Assembly (NCBI RefSeq): GCF_000143415.4
Contig: NW_003314327.1
Span: 211,116 to 275,115, forward strand
Direction of reading: 5' to 3'
Source: Selaginella moellendorffii
Taxonomy: Eukaryota; Plantae; Lycopodiophyta
DNA: 64,000 bases
The notes under the pieces are model-generated. The model worked only from the letters and a program-made list of their open reading frames with translations, made no database searches and was not told where the DNA came from. This document shows positions 22,980 to 35,222 of this stretch, one piece after another. The first letter of the stretch is position 1, and each line of letters opens with the position of its first letter. Both the position numbers and the translations under genes were made by a program.

Positions 22980-23051
22980 CTATGTGTTAGAATGTGAGGT
23001 AAATAAGTAAAAGAGAAGGAACAAATTGTCACCTAAAGTTCTCGATAAGAT

Positions 23052-24898
23052 TCACCTTCGAATCGTGTTTCTCTGGTCTCGTCTCGTTCCGCCGCTGTCC
23101 CTTCGACTGCTACCATCGCGGTGATCCAAATGCGACCACTCCGACTTGTAGCGGTCCCTGCGAACTGGAACTGGAGACCGGCTTCTCTCTCGATAGTCTC
23201 GTCCTCCTCCTCCCCAGCGAGGAGCATACGGCGATGGCGGTCGTCTCTCGTCTCTAAAACCTCCTGGAGGCGGTCCCCTGTTCTCGTGATAGTAGTCTCT
23301 TTCCCTCTCCCTGTGTCCACCACCATAAAAACTTCCTCCTCCTCCTCCTCCTCTATCGAAGCCTCCTGGTTTATCAAATCTCTCCCTGTCGAATCTTTCG
23401 TGCTCGTATCGATGGTCGAAGCCTTCTCGAGATCTCACGTCCCTGCCCGGATGGAAGTGCCTGTCCGGGAAGTGGTGCTCCGGGGGACCGAAGTCGTCGA
23501 AGGGTCTGCGCTCCCACATCGGTCCCGGCGGCCCGAATCCACCACCAATCGGTCTGTCCATGCCTACAGGCGGCGGTCCATCGAGGAACGGAGGTGGCAG
23601 TGGCCGAAAGTTTGGAGGATCCATCCGGAAGGGACTCATGTCTCTCCTGGGCCGGCTGCAGTTGTTACAAGCGGTCCTTCGAGCAAAGTTTAGATTTCCA
23701 CAGCTGCAGGAAAGAGAGAAGCGTAAAGAACGAAACAGGAAAGCTTAACTCAGCGAGAGCTTACGTTGGTTCTGTGCATATCCAGTCGCCTTCTCTTGGA
23801 GCAACATTGGGATTGTTACGTCCAAAGCCGTCCGCACGGAACTCGTCATAAGGCCCCCGGCCTCGACCAAATCCTCCACCTCGTCCTGGTCCATCATATC
23901 TCCGGCCTCTTCCTCTAACCGCCGCTCTATAAGGGAAGTCACTGAACCTTCCTCTGCGAGGACTGAGGCTGGGACTGCGGCTTCGGCTTCCACTTGTCTT
24001 ACGTGCCAGAGAGACTTGGATTTTGCTTCCTTTGTATTCATAGCCTGGTGATTGAAAGACATTAGTTAAAAACAACCACTGCCTACATAGTCCATACGTA
24101 CCATCGAACCATTTGATCAATCCCTTTGCATCTTTTGGATCCTCCAGAACGACCTCGGCCTCGCAATCGCCATGATATGTCTTAAAAACTTTAATACCTT
24201 CTCGACCAACCTATTCAAAACGTTTCATCAGCTTTATTCACAGCAAAGAAAACTTCTACCTTCGGCTCTCCAGCTTCAGCCAGCAATTCCACCAGATTCT
24301 CCTCCGTCACTCCGTCGGGAAGATTGGAGATGTGGATCATATCTGCAAAAGAACGACGCGTTATATAGACTCACAAGCCTCCTCAAACAGAAGAATGCAA
24401 CTTAGAAACACAAATCAGCCACTTACGTGGAGGAGAAATACAGGACTAATGCAACTTGAAGCGAGAGATCCATACTCACTGGCTTCTAAAATCCAGCTAA
24501 AGCCTACAAAAAATCCCACCCCTCCAGTAGATAGATTTCCCAGACCCTCTTCTACTCCCGAGCAAGCACACAAGACAACCCACTACGAAGCAGCCCCCGT
24601 AGAAGCAGTCCTCTAAGCAATCTAAAGCGAAATTCTAGCCCAAACCTGCATCCTCCCGGAATCGATGCACCTCCCTCCTTTCAACCTCAGATCTCACAGC
24701 ACTGTTTAGCGGAGTAGACTCCGGCTGCTGCGACCCCTTTTCTCGATCCCATTCTCCTTCTTCTTGAGGCACTGCTGCTGCTACTTCTGCGGCTAATCCT
24801 TCCGGCTCCGCTGATGCGTCCGGTGGCGCCGATCTGGCGAATTCTTCATCAGCTCCGCCGAGAGCGACGGCGCCATCGCCATCGCCTTCTCCTTCCAT
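23052..24898 (-). CDS. RNA-binding protein with RRM, RanBP2-type zinc finger and RGG/RS-rich tail (FET/TAF15-like architecture)
   Basis: MIHISNLPDGVTEENL (RNP2-like), WFDG/[40 protein letters not shown], RSRSP tail. Confidence 0.88.
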
Positions 24899-25051
24899 CC
24901 CACTCACAAACCCTAGGCTTCTCTCTCTCCTGTCCTTTATTTCCCGTTGGCTGGATTACTCGGGTTCGATTCCTGTTTTAAAGCATTAGGTCATGCCACA
25001 ATGGTTGCGGGTTCGATTCAGCACACCGCCAATGGAAGAAGAAGAGCGGCG

Positions 25052-27777
25052 ATGCCGCTGCTCGCCATGGCGGCCTTTCTCATTCTCATCAGCGATGGCG
25101 CCTCCGCGGCGAGCGTCACGGCCGCGGAGGCGCTCCAGCTTCGTGACGAGGTAATTCGTGGGGAAATTTTGGATCTAGGCGATCGATCGCTCGTATTTTG
25201 CCCGCTTCCAGGTGAAAGAAATGTTCTACCACGCTTACAATGGCTACATGGCTCACGCATTTCCTCTAGACGAGCTCCGGCCGATGAGCTGCGCTGGAGA
25301 GGACTCTCTCGGTGGCTATGCACTCACTTTGGTAACGTGGTAGCGATATTTTTCGAGGGTTTTAGTAGTGAGTTTTTTGTTTGGTTTGTTTATTTCTTAC
25401 AGGTTGATTCTCTGGACATGCTAGCCGTGCTGGGTGATCGAGAGAAATTCTTTGACGCTGTGAATTGGATTGGTAAACACTTACGATTCGACAAAGTACA
25501 GTAACTCTGTAAAATGGCTGATGTTTTTTTCTTTTTCTTTGTTTCTCCTTTTTTTTTTTTCACGAACGCCGCCAACTTGTTTCTTTATTTTGTAGAATAA
25601 GACTGTATCCGTGTTTGAGACTACGATTCGCGTGCTTGGAGGCCTTCTTTCTGCTCATATGCTTGTCAGTGACCAAGCCACGGTGAGAGAGCTCTTCCCT
25701 TAGTTTTGTTTCTCTTACTATCCTCACGACCACATTCAGGGAATGGTAATGTATGATTACAATGACGAGCTACTTAATCTTGCAGAAGACCTTGGTCGGA
25801 GGCTTCTTCCTGCTTTCGACACACCTACTGGTACGTGTTTTTCTTTCTTGTGTCTGGAATTGCTGACAGCCTTTGTCCAGGAATACCTTACGGTTCTGTA
25901 AATCTTCTCTATGGAGTGAGCGAAGACGAAAGTCAGGTATTGACGCAATTGTCTGAGTGCTGCGGCTTAGTTTGGTAATGACAGGTAACATCAACAGCGG
26001 GTGGAGGAACTCTAACCATGGAATTCGGTGTTCTAAGTCGATTGACTGGCGACCCTGGTGATGTAGAATTTAATCCAGTTTTGGAAACTGACATTGTCCG
26101 GCTGATTCAGTGTTTGAGGAAGTCTCTCGAAATGCAGTCCGTGGACTTTGGGCCCAACGTTCTCACATTGGTCTTGTTGGTGCTCACATTAATGTGCTTT
26201 CCGGAGAGTGGACACATAAAGTAAGCGCCTTTACTGCATTTCCACCTTTGTCGTTTAACCTGCTTTATACCAGGATTCCGGAATTGGAACGAGCATAGAT
26301 TCGTTCTACGAATATCTTTTGAAGGTAAAGAATGGCTCTCTAATTTTCTCGGATATTGAATTGAGCCTGTTGCTCCTATGCATAGGCTTATTTGCTTTTT
26401 GGAGAAGATGAGTACCTGCATATGTTCAAAGAATCATACAAGGCAGTAATGCGCTACCTATTCAAAGATCCATGGTATTTTTTCTATAATCCATGGTTGT
26501 TTTGATTTCTTTGAAATGTCAACACTGCAGGTATATGGAGGTCAACATGAACAGCGCCGTTGTTGTTTGGCCTCTTTTCAATAGTTTGCAAGCGTTTTGG
26601 CCTGGACTACAGGTAAAGATGATGTGTTACAATGTTTTAACATTTTGATTCCGGTCGCCATAATCAGGTCTTGGCAGGAGATGTAGAACCCGCTACTCAA
26701 ACTCACACAGCATTTTTCTCTGTGTGGAAGAAGTTTGGCTTCACCCCAGAAGGATTTAATCTTGCAAGCATGAGCATACAGGTTTGGTTTATTGTTCCTC
26801 ATTTAGTTTCAACAGAAAAATGCTTTCTAACTGGATTCTTGCAGCCAGGTCAAAGGAGCTATCCTTTGCGGCCAGAATTAATTGAGAGCACGTACTGGCT
26901 TTACAAAGCGACCAGAGATCCAATGTACGGCATCGAAGTTTTGGGGAAACTTTTTGGTCTCTAATTCGACGTTGGCCGACTAGTTACCTTGATGCAGGTC
27001 GTGATATTTTGGCCAGCATTCAGTATGGATGCCGCTGTCCATGCGGCTACTGCCATATTGCGGACGTTGAAACACACCAACAGGACGATCACATGGAAAG
27101 CTTTTTTCTCTCTGAAACTGTACGTAAAACTTTCAGATCTTTTCATTATTCATTTTATTTAACCTGTTTTCTTCTATGTAGGTAAAATACTTGTACTTAT
27201 TGTTTGATCTTGCAGCGGGCGGTGATAACATTGTAGAAAATGGACCTTACCCGTAAGTGTTGATCTAATTCTAGCTCTTGGCCTGACAATGTAGCGGCTC
27301 CGTTCCAGGTACCTGTTTTCAACGGAAGGTCATTTGTTTCCTCTAACCCCGCAAATATCATTGCCAAAAGAGTGCTGCACGTATTCTGGAAGTTTTTGCC
27401 CAGACTCCTCGAAGTCGAACTGGATGCTACACAATGCAACGAATCACGTCGACGCTGGTAGTCCACTGAAGGTATTTCTCCTTCCGTCTTAAAGTTGGAA
27501 CTATCGACTGTTCTTTGGCAAACAGGGAGCGTGTTCTCAGCTCAGTCTCTGGAGACGCCTCGCAATTGCGAACAAGTTTGCTAAGAAGACGAACAAGCGC
27601 AAATCGGCAAGGATGAGCAGTATACTGGAGGCGGTCGAGAAAGCTGGAAACGAGCTGGTAAAAGTGGAGATTCAGACAGATGTGGCTTTGGAAGATGATC
27701 ACTCCACTCAGGAAGACAAAGGCCAGGAAATCGCCGCCGAAGAAACAAAAGAGAACGGGAACCTTTCAAGCGATTGA
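25052..27777 (+). CDS. MNS4: ER class I alpha-mannosidase, GH47 EDEM-like
   Basis: Signal anchor, VKEMFYHAYNGYMAHAFPLDELRP, SVFETTIRVLGGLLSAH, SYPLRPELIESTYWLY, MESFFLSET, FSTEGH; about 16 short introns. MNS4 rather than MNS5 from the EDSLGGYALTL segment. Confidence 0.9.
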
Positions 27778-28133
27778 AATCAATAACAGAATCTAAACCC
27801 TTTTTTCGCAAAAACTTATTGGGTCGGAATATGACTTATACTTCGAGACAGACAGACGGGTCATCAGATGCATACTCTACGACCCAACAAGTTAATAGAT
27901 TTCTAATCTCCACTCTATTTAAATAAAATTTTTACGCTCATGCTTGGGCATGTGGGATAATCGTGGCTACCCTAAAACTTGCCCTAGTCGAATTTAGGGC
28001 AAGTCTAATTGAATTGGCACTAATGCATAACTTTTAGCAAAAGAACACAAGGAACAACACAAAAATAGCTAATTCGCGAAAGATCAATCTAGGAAGAACA
28101 CAAAAGAAATATATAGGAAGAGGAGAGTTGCTA

Positions 28134-29391
28134 TCAAGCAGCCGCAAGCGCCGAGATGCTCATGGGCGTCACATACTGGGTGCCTCCATTGTACCATCTC
28201 TGCGCGGCGATGGTGTTGAATGCCTCGGTGGGATGGACCAGGTCCCAAAACATGTACTCCCCGCTGTTGGCGCAGTGGGGCGCGTTGGCGTAGCACCATT
28301 GCATCGAGTTGCCAGTGCCCGGGCAGCACCCCTGGTGCACGTTGCTCAGCCCCACGCTCGAAGGATCAGCGATCGCCTCCTCCATGATCGACGCGGCGTT
28401 CGCGTACACGGGCGTGAATCCCTGGTGCGCCTGCTGCATCGACTGCAGCATCGCCTGGAGCTGCGAGTTGAACTTCTGCGTCATCGACTTGCCCAGATCC
28501 GTGCACTTGTCGTTCACTTGCGTCGCGGGCACGCAGCCCACGTCCAGGATGCCCACAACCACGAATTTGCGCGCGCCCGCGTTGTACAGTCGCTGCGAGA
28601 GCACCCAGTGAGCGCGCCAGATTCGCGAATTTTAAAATGTTTTTAGGGTTCTTGCTTACCTCCAGCTGCGTCTGGAACTGCGAGATGATCGACGCCGTCG
28701 ACGAAATCGACATCATGTCATTGTTCCCAGTGCTTATGTAGAAGATCGAATTGGAGATCACGTCCGCGCTGAGACCCTTGGCCACCTGAGTGAACAAATC
28801 GACTTGATCCGGCAGCGTAAGAATCGATCCCTGCCAAGAAAACCACCAATGCTCCACTGCAATTGAGAAGATCACGATTGATTTCCATACCTGTCCGGTG
28901 CTGGTGAGGATTCCCGAGCTGGCCGAGCCGAAATTCATCCCCTGGGCAGCGGCCGATGCATCAGACGAATACGGTGGCGGATACGGCAGGCCCAGGTGCT
29001 CGGCCACGAGATCCACTGCGAGCTTTCCATCGCAAAACCTCCCGCTCGCCTCGTGCCCCGACCACTTGAATCCATACGGCAAGTGATTGGCCTTGGCCGG
29101 AGTGTTGCGATTGTTGTTGTTCCCCGGATCCACGATGGAATCGCCAAACACAAACAATCCCTGGACTCCAGCGCTGGCGTTCTTGCATGGAGGACCCGGC
29201 GGCGGAGCCTGGGATGGCGAAGGAGCTGGCGATGGCGGCGGGTGGTGGTGGTGGTGTCCAACTAGTCTACTCCCATGCCCGCGGTGGTGATGTCTACTCT
29301 TTCTGCCATTGTGTGCTTTCCTTGCATCGCAAAAACTAGAGAGACACAAAGCAATGAGAATCAAAACCACAAGCTTCTTCATCATCATCAT
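28134..29391 (-). CDS. GDSL esterase/lipase with His/Pro-rich N-terminal extension
   Basis: Signal peptide, LFVFGDSIVDPGNNN, GRFCDG, GMNFGSASSG, GNND, FWDLVHPTE (DxxH). Confidence 0.93.
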
Positions 29392-29527
29392 CTTGCAACT
29401 ACGATCAAGTGAATTTATTTTTTTTATAACCCAAAGTCTATCTATTTTATAAGCTTGGCTTCTACGGGGCAAAAATACACGATCATATCTTTTAAACTAT
29501 GCCATTATTAATTAAAACCATTTGTTC

Positions 29528-32500
29528 TTACACTTTGATAATTTGGTAATGGTGTGAGATTTGGAGCGGGGTTTCTTTGGAGAGTGATCGTTCTTCCGAC
29601 CACAGCCCCAAGCTGCATTCCGCGCCGCCCCAATGCACAAGGCAAACACTTACTTCCTTGACGTTGAATCGGTTCACTACTGCGTAGCCTGATTCCTTGT
29701 CCACGAGCATCCACTCGCCTGGAAAAACAAACAAATGAAACTCTAGAAACCATTCTCTCAGAAAAACTTGACGATTTCTACCGTTTGGTCTGTCGTCTCC
29801 GCGCAAGAACGTCTCTCCAAACGTGGCGCCGAGTTCTTTCTTGGCCCCGTTGACGGCCGTGAACTTGACAAGCGTTTCAGAGGGATGCGGCACCTGAAAC
29901 GATGGCTGGACCCGAAGGCACGCAATCCTGGTCCAAGAGAATCAAAATAATGTGAAGTGTATCGAGGTTTTGTTGCAGTACCTTGAGTATCCGCCAGCGC
30001 CAGCTCCAACAGATCTCGCTACAATCTGGGAGGTAATATGGACAACTTTCGGGGACTTCTTGTGAATGGCGATCTCCCTGGACATAACCAGTCCGCCACC
30101 AAGATCACACTCCATAGACAGGACGTCCTCCCCGTTTATCTCTAGGAGGTTGCGACTGGCAGTCACAGACGCGCAAGTTAGTGGCGGAACACAACAGTGT
30201 CACCAACCTCAGAACATTGTATTCTTCGGTGCAACCAGGGCCGCGGTGTTCGCTAGTGCTGTATTCCTCGTAGCCGCCACCTTCTACCCGGCTTGGGAAA
30301 AAATCAATACCTGCGTTTCAACCATCAGTACCAAATTCCGGCTGAAAACACAGACAGACCTGTTTCCTTGTGGACCATTGAAATGATGCGACCACCAATC
30401 CAAGGTACCACCTTAAGCTGAAAGTCTGTGCCTGAGAGTTCAATTAAAACTCTAGGAGCACCAACACCCTTGAGCTTATCGTGTGTGATATCGTATTCCG
30501 CCAAACCTTTCACTTTCGCTGTCAACTCATCAGCAAGACCAATTGAATATAAATGCCACACATACCATTCTTCTCTTCGACTTGCTTGACCGCAGCTTCT
30601 ACAAGCTTCTGCATTTCCTCGGAACCCGGCAGCTTCATCAACAGGTCATCTCCATCCTGGCCGTCAGCATTGATCTTCAAGATTTACGAAGAGGTTAGAT
30701 AAGCAGGATATAGAACATTTCGTGTAAGTACCTCAGCGCGGTCGCCAATTAACAGACGAACACGAAGGGGTCGCTTTGGTCTCTTCAGAGCGCCTTGTAC
30801 GCCTGCCACTTTGATCAGCACTTCACTTCCGTTGCTCCTGCTGTTTGCTTCGTAATGCGTTAGTAAAAACTCTCCTTTCTGGTAACCAAAACTTTCTCCG
30901 TCGTCTTCGTAAAGTACACCCTCGGCATTACCTGCAGCTCTACGTCACCTTTTGGCAGCAAATGGAGCATTTCCTACCGTCTTTGTCGAGAGCAATAATA
31001 AGTGTTACTGGGTCCTCAAAGTGCGCTTCGCCTAGGTGCTCAATTCGGGGACCAGCAGGTATGATGGAACCACCTCTCAAATGGAGAAGTGGAAGGTCCT
31101 GCGAATCCACGTAAAAATCAAAGAAAAAAATATATTCTGATTTACAGGATGATAGTCATCAAAATCAAAGCGCTGCCATATCCCAGAAGGGATAACAATT
31201 GTCTTTGGATCGACAACCTTGTCTGGATCGGTACTGTAGTAAATAAAAGTCAAACGCGTGGCGAGAAAAAGCAAAAGTCAACTATACCTTGTGGACACTA
31301 GCAGAGAACCTAGCAGAAAGCTTGTCTCGACTTTCCGTAGCTTTGGATCTTTGCAATCTAGAACAGAAATAAAACGGTTACAAGCATTGACAATATTATT
31401 ACCATAAACAAAGGACAAACCAGCAAAAAAAATTGGAGCCATCACTGGTAGTCCCTTCGTATGTGCAAAGTATACCAACGTGTATAAATGAGGCAGCAGC
31501 TGGTATCTTCGTAGCAAGGCAAGACGGCAGACATTTTTACACTGAAACAAAACTGTAAATATGATTCTATGAACAGTAACGTATCTCCAGGATTTACCTC
31601 ATCACCAAAAGACCATGGTTCGTGATCAACCGTCCCTTTCTCAGAATGTCCTCGAGCAAATGGAAACAGTGCCCCGAATCCCATCCATCTACCAAAAAGT
31701 CTAGCAGTTGCATCGCCCGCAAAACCTCCGATATCAGGTCCAGTTAGTGGTGACCCACTCAGGCTCTGTGAAGCAAAAAAGTTAGCCACAGCAGACGAAA
31801 AAAAATGCATGTACCAGATTGAGGGCCATTGCTATACTCATATGTGCGTGATCCCAGTTGGATGAATTGTCGCCTGTCCATGTAGCAGCATATCTCTGGC
31901 TTCCCATGAAGCCCGCTCGAGTAAGAACGAATGGCCGCTTAGTGGGGTTTGCAAGCAGCATTCCTTCGTACGTCGCTCTGGCCATCAGCATCCCATACAC
32001 CTGAAAATTCAAAAGCCAATCAGCAAAATGTTTGCAAAGAGTTCCATACGTTGTGATAGTGACGGTGATTTTGTGTCCCTCCCATTTCTGGATCTCCACT
32101 GTGCATATTATCTTCAGGCATTGTTTTCGACACTGACTGCATTAGCTTACGTAAGTTTAAACTTGAACTCATTTTTTAAACACATTTGTACCTTGAAAAC
32201 AGCGGGCTCGTTCATATCATTCCATATGCCATTGACTCCGTTAGAAACGAAGTCTTTTATCAGGTTACTCCACCATGCACGGACTTTCTTTTGGGTATAA
32301 TCCGGAAAAACGCAAGGTCCAGGCCAGACATCACCTGAAGGCAGCTTGCGTTTCTAAGAGAGAACCAAATTACAGCAAAATGAACTTACCAATAAAATGC
32401 TTTCCACTTGCATCCACAACCCATGCATCTTCAGAACACCCCTCATTGTATATGAAATAATCTTCATCCTTCTTAATGCCCGGGTCAATCATCCAGACAG

Positions 32501-33589
32501 CTTTGAATCCCCTCCCACGCAAAGTCGTTGCAAGACCAATAGGATCCGGGAACTTTTCCTGAAACAGTAACGAAAAATGGACGAGTTGAGCACATCACGG
32601 TAACGTCTCGCATTACTTTGTCAAATGTGAAGCAACGAAATCCGTTCATGTAGTCGATATCCATCCAAACAACGTCAGCAGGTATTCTGTGCTCGCGAAA
32701 AAGCCTGGAGATCTAATATAAAGAACTTGTCAATTGCCACGTGAAAATTAGAAACGCAACCTCGTCAACTCTCGACGCTGGCTCGTAGCTATAGCGGCAT
32801 TGGTGATATCCCAGGGCCCACTTTGGAGGCATATTCATGGTCCCTTTGTAATAATACATCACATCAGCACCACCAAGAACTAAGTAAACAAGCTTACCAG
32901 TAGCGTTTGCCAGTGCCACCAGTAGATCTTCTGGTGCCGGATACGGTCCGAATACGATAACTGGATAGAAGCAATCGGCAGCAAATCGAATTGTCGATTC
33001 CTTGCGAAGGTCCACCTACAGGTAGCACAATGGATCGTCTTCGTCATTAATTTCTAGATCGCTTACTTCACACTTTCGGGTAGTGTCGGCCAGTACCCCC
33101 AGTACTTCGCCACTGGGAAGGACAACGAAGACCCAAGGGTGTGACTGATAAAGGCAGGGGCTGTTCTTTCCGTAGCCCCAAGAGTCGGTGTTCCACGTAT
33201 ACATCTGCAAAACGCAAGTAAAAACTTAGTTTCTTCACTTAAGTCTAATCCAAATTACTCTTTTTCCTGTTCGCTCTAGAGGCCCGCTGACTTCTCCCGT
33301 TCCATAGAACGAAGCTCCCGAAGGAAGCTGGAAATTTAGAGTGAGAGCTTTCAAAGACAGAATCCACAGGATATCATACCGCTAGGATTACTGTCTGGGT
33401 GGAATCGTCGTCCAGGGTAAAGAGAGGAACAAAGAGCGGCTTGACAGTCGATTCCAAGCGCTTTTCCCGCCTCTCGGCCGGCACAAACGAAAGAGAAGGG
33501 AAGCACTTCGGGCGACTCTCCTCGTCGCAATCGAAGCGGAGAATTTTGGCCTCTAGAACAGCCATGCAACTCATCTTCGATGCCGCCAT
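29528..33589 (-). CDS. HGL1: GH31 alpha-glucosidase (heteroglycan glucosidase 1-like), multi-exon
   Basis: YTWNTDSWGY, LYQSHPW, MPPKWALGYHQCRYSY, VWMDIDYM, GIWNDMNEPAVF, RYAATWTGDN, GPDIGGF. N-terminus may extend upstream to ~33840. Confidence 0.88.
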
Positions 33590-34118
33590 AGCTCCGACCT
33601 TACTGCTGCTCGAGATCTGGGATCGATCGCATGAGAGAAGAGGAGAAGAAATGCCGAGAATGCCGCACCTTTTTAAACGGGAAGCACGACATAGGCTCCA
33701 CGCGCAGCGCCTCGCCAAGCGTTACACGCTGCCGACGCTCGCGACAAGCGATGGATAAAACAGCCGCGGGCAGCGGATCGGGAGGAGGAGCGCAAGGAAA
33801 CGCATCGATCGGCTGCAGCGCAGCTGGAACAAGCAAGCATTCGATGAAAATCCCTGCATTGAAGAGCTTCTCCCTACCGGATGCGCCAGCGCCAGCGCCA
33901 CTCCCTCGCTGCTCGCTCGCGCTAACCTAAAACCGTTTAGCTTCTTTAGGGCGAATCACGAGACTCAAGTAGCAATCACTTTGTTTGTTGCCACCAACGC
34001 GAATGCAGCAAATATGCCATGGCATCATAAAGATGCCATGCCACGTCATAAAGTGTCACTTTGACTACCAGGAGAACTGGACAAGTCAGCGTAGGACACG
34101 TCATTGATTTAGGTCTTC

Positions 34119-34818
34119 ATGGCTCCGGCTATGGCGACATTCGCAGCGGGATGCTTCTGGAGCGTGGAGCTCGCATTTCAGCGCATTCCCGGCGTGATCA
34201 AGGTGCGTGATCTGTTATTTCTCTCCTTAAGTGTCTCGAACGATCGATCGATCAATCGGTGATCGATTGCCGCGGATTTTCCGAGAGGGAGTGATTGTTG
34301 CGCGCATTCCTTGTGTAGACGACCGTCGGGTACACGCAAGGAAGCAAGGAATCTCCCACATACCACGACGTTTGCACTGGCAGGACCGGCCACGCCGAAG
34401 CCGTGCTCGTCGAGTATGATCCAAAGGAGGTCTCGTACACAGCGCTGCTGGACGCGTTCTGGAAGAAGCACGATCCAACACAGGCCGATGGCCAGGTAAA
34501 AGTTTTAGAGACAGCGATTGATCGATCCCCGCTCTCTTTTCACTTTTTCTTTTCGTTATTTCACAGGGGAATGACATAGGATCCCAGTACCGATCCGGCA
34601 TATACTTTCACACACCCGAGCAAGAGAAGCTCGCAAAGCAATCTCTCGAGCAAGAGCAGCAACGACTCGGCAAGAAAATCGTGACCGAGCTTCTCCCGGC
34701 CACAACCTTCTACCCCGCCGAGGATTACCACCAGCAGTATCTCGAGAAAGGCGGGCGAGGTGGGCGCAAGCAATCGGCTGCCAAGGGCTGCACGGATCCC
34801 ATCAGATGCTACGGCTGA
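34119..34818 (+). CDS. MSRA: Peptide methionine sulfoxide reductase A (cytosolic type)
   Basis: [69 protein letters not shown]; two introns. Confidence 0.95.
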
Positions 34819-35222
34819 GTCAAACGAGATCGCGAAACAAACTACGAAAAAGAGGTAACGAACAACGCTGTGTGTGAACGATTTCATGCTTATCCGCCTG
34901 TCAACTCTCGCTGCAGGGAAAGTCCAAATAAGCAGCGCTCTTGTGGCTCGCTCTGGGTGGTGTGAAAATAAAAACGTTCTTTCTTCATCATCTTGTGTCG
35001 ATCGTCAGGGGGGCCACCAATATGAGATCTAGCACGCTACGCAAGAAAAACAAGTAAAAACAAAGAAAGCAGCGCCCCCCTCCCCCCCACCTTGAACAAT
35101 CCGATCACTACAAGTAAGCATCGATCATCGGCTCAACTCCTAAGTTTCTTTAAACTCTAAGCGACGACCCCCCCTCTTCTCGCTGTCCCTCTCGATCGAC
35201 TGACCTGTGGAGTGGTGGTGTG

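Noticed and set aside
34149-34163. MsrA GCFWS instead of GCFWG
   Set aside because: The catalytic Cys and other motifs are intact; a minor variant with no evident functional novelty.
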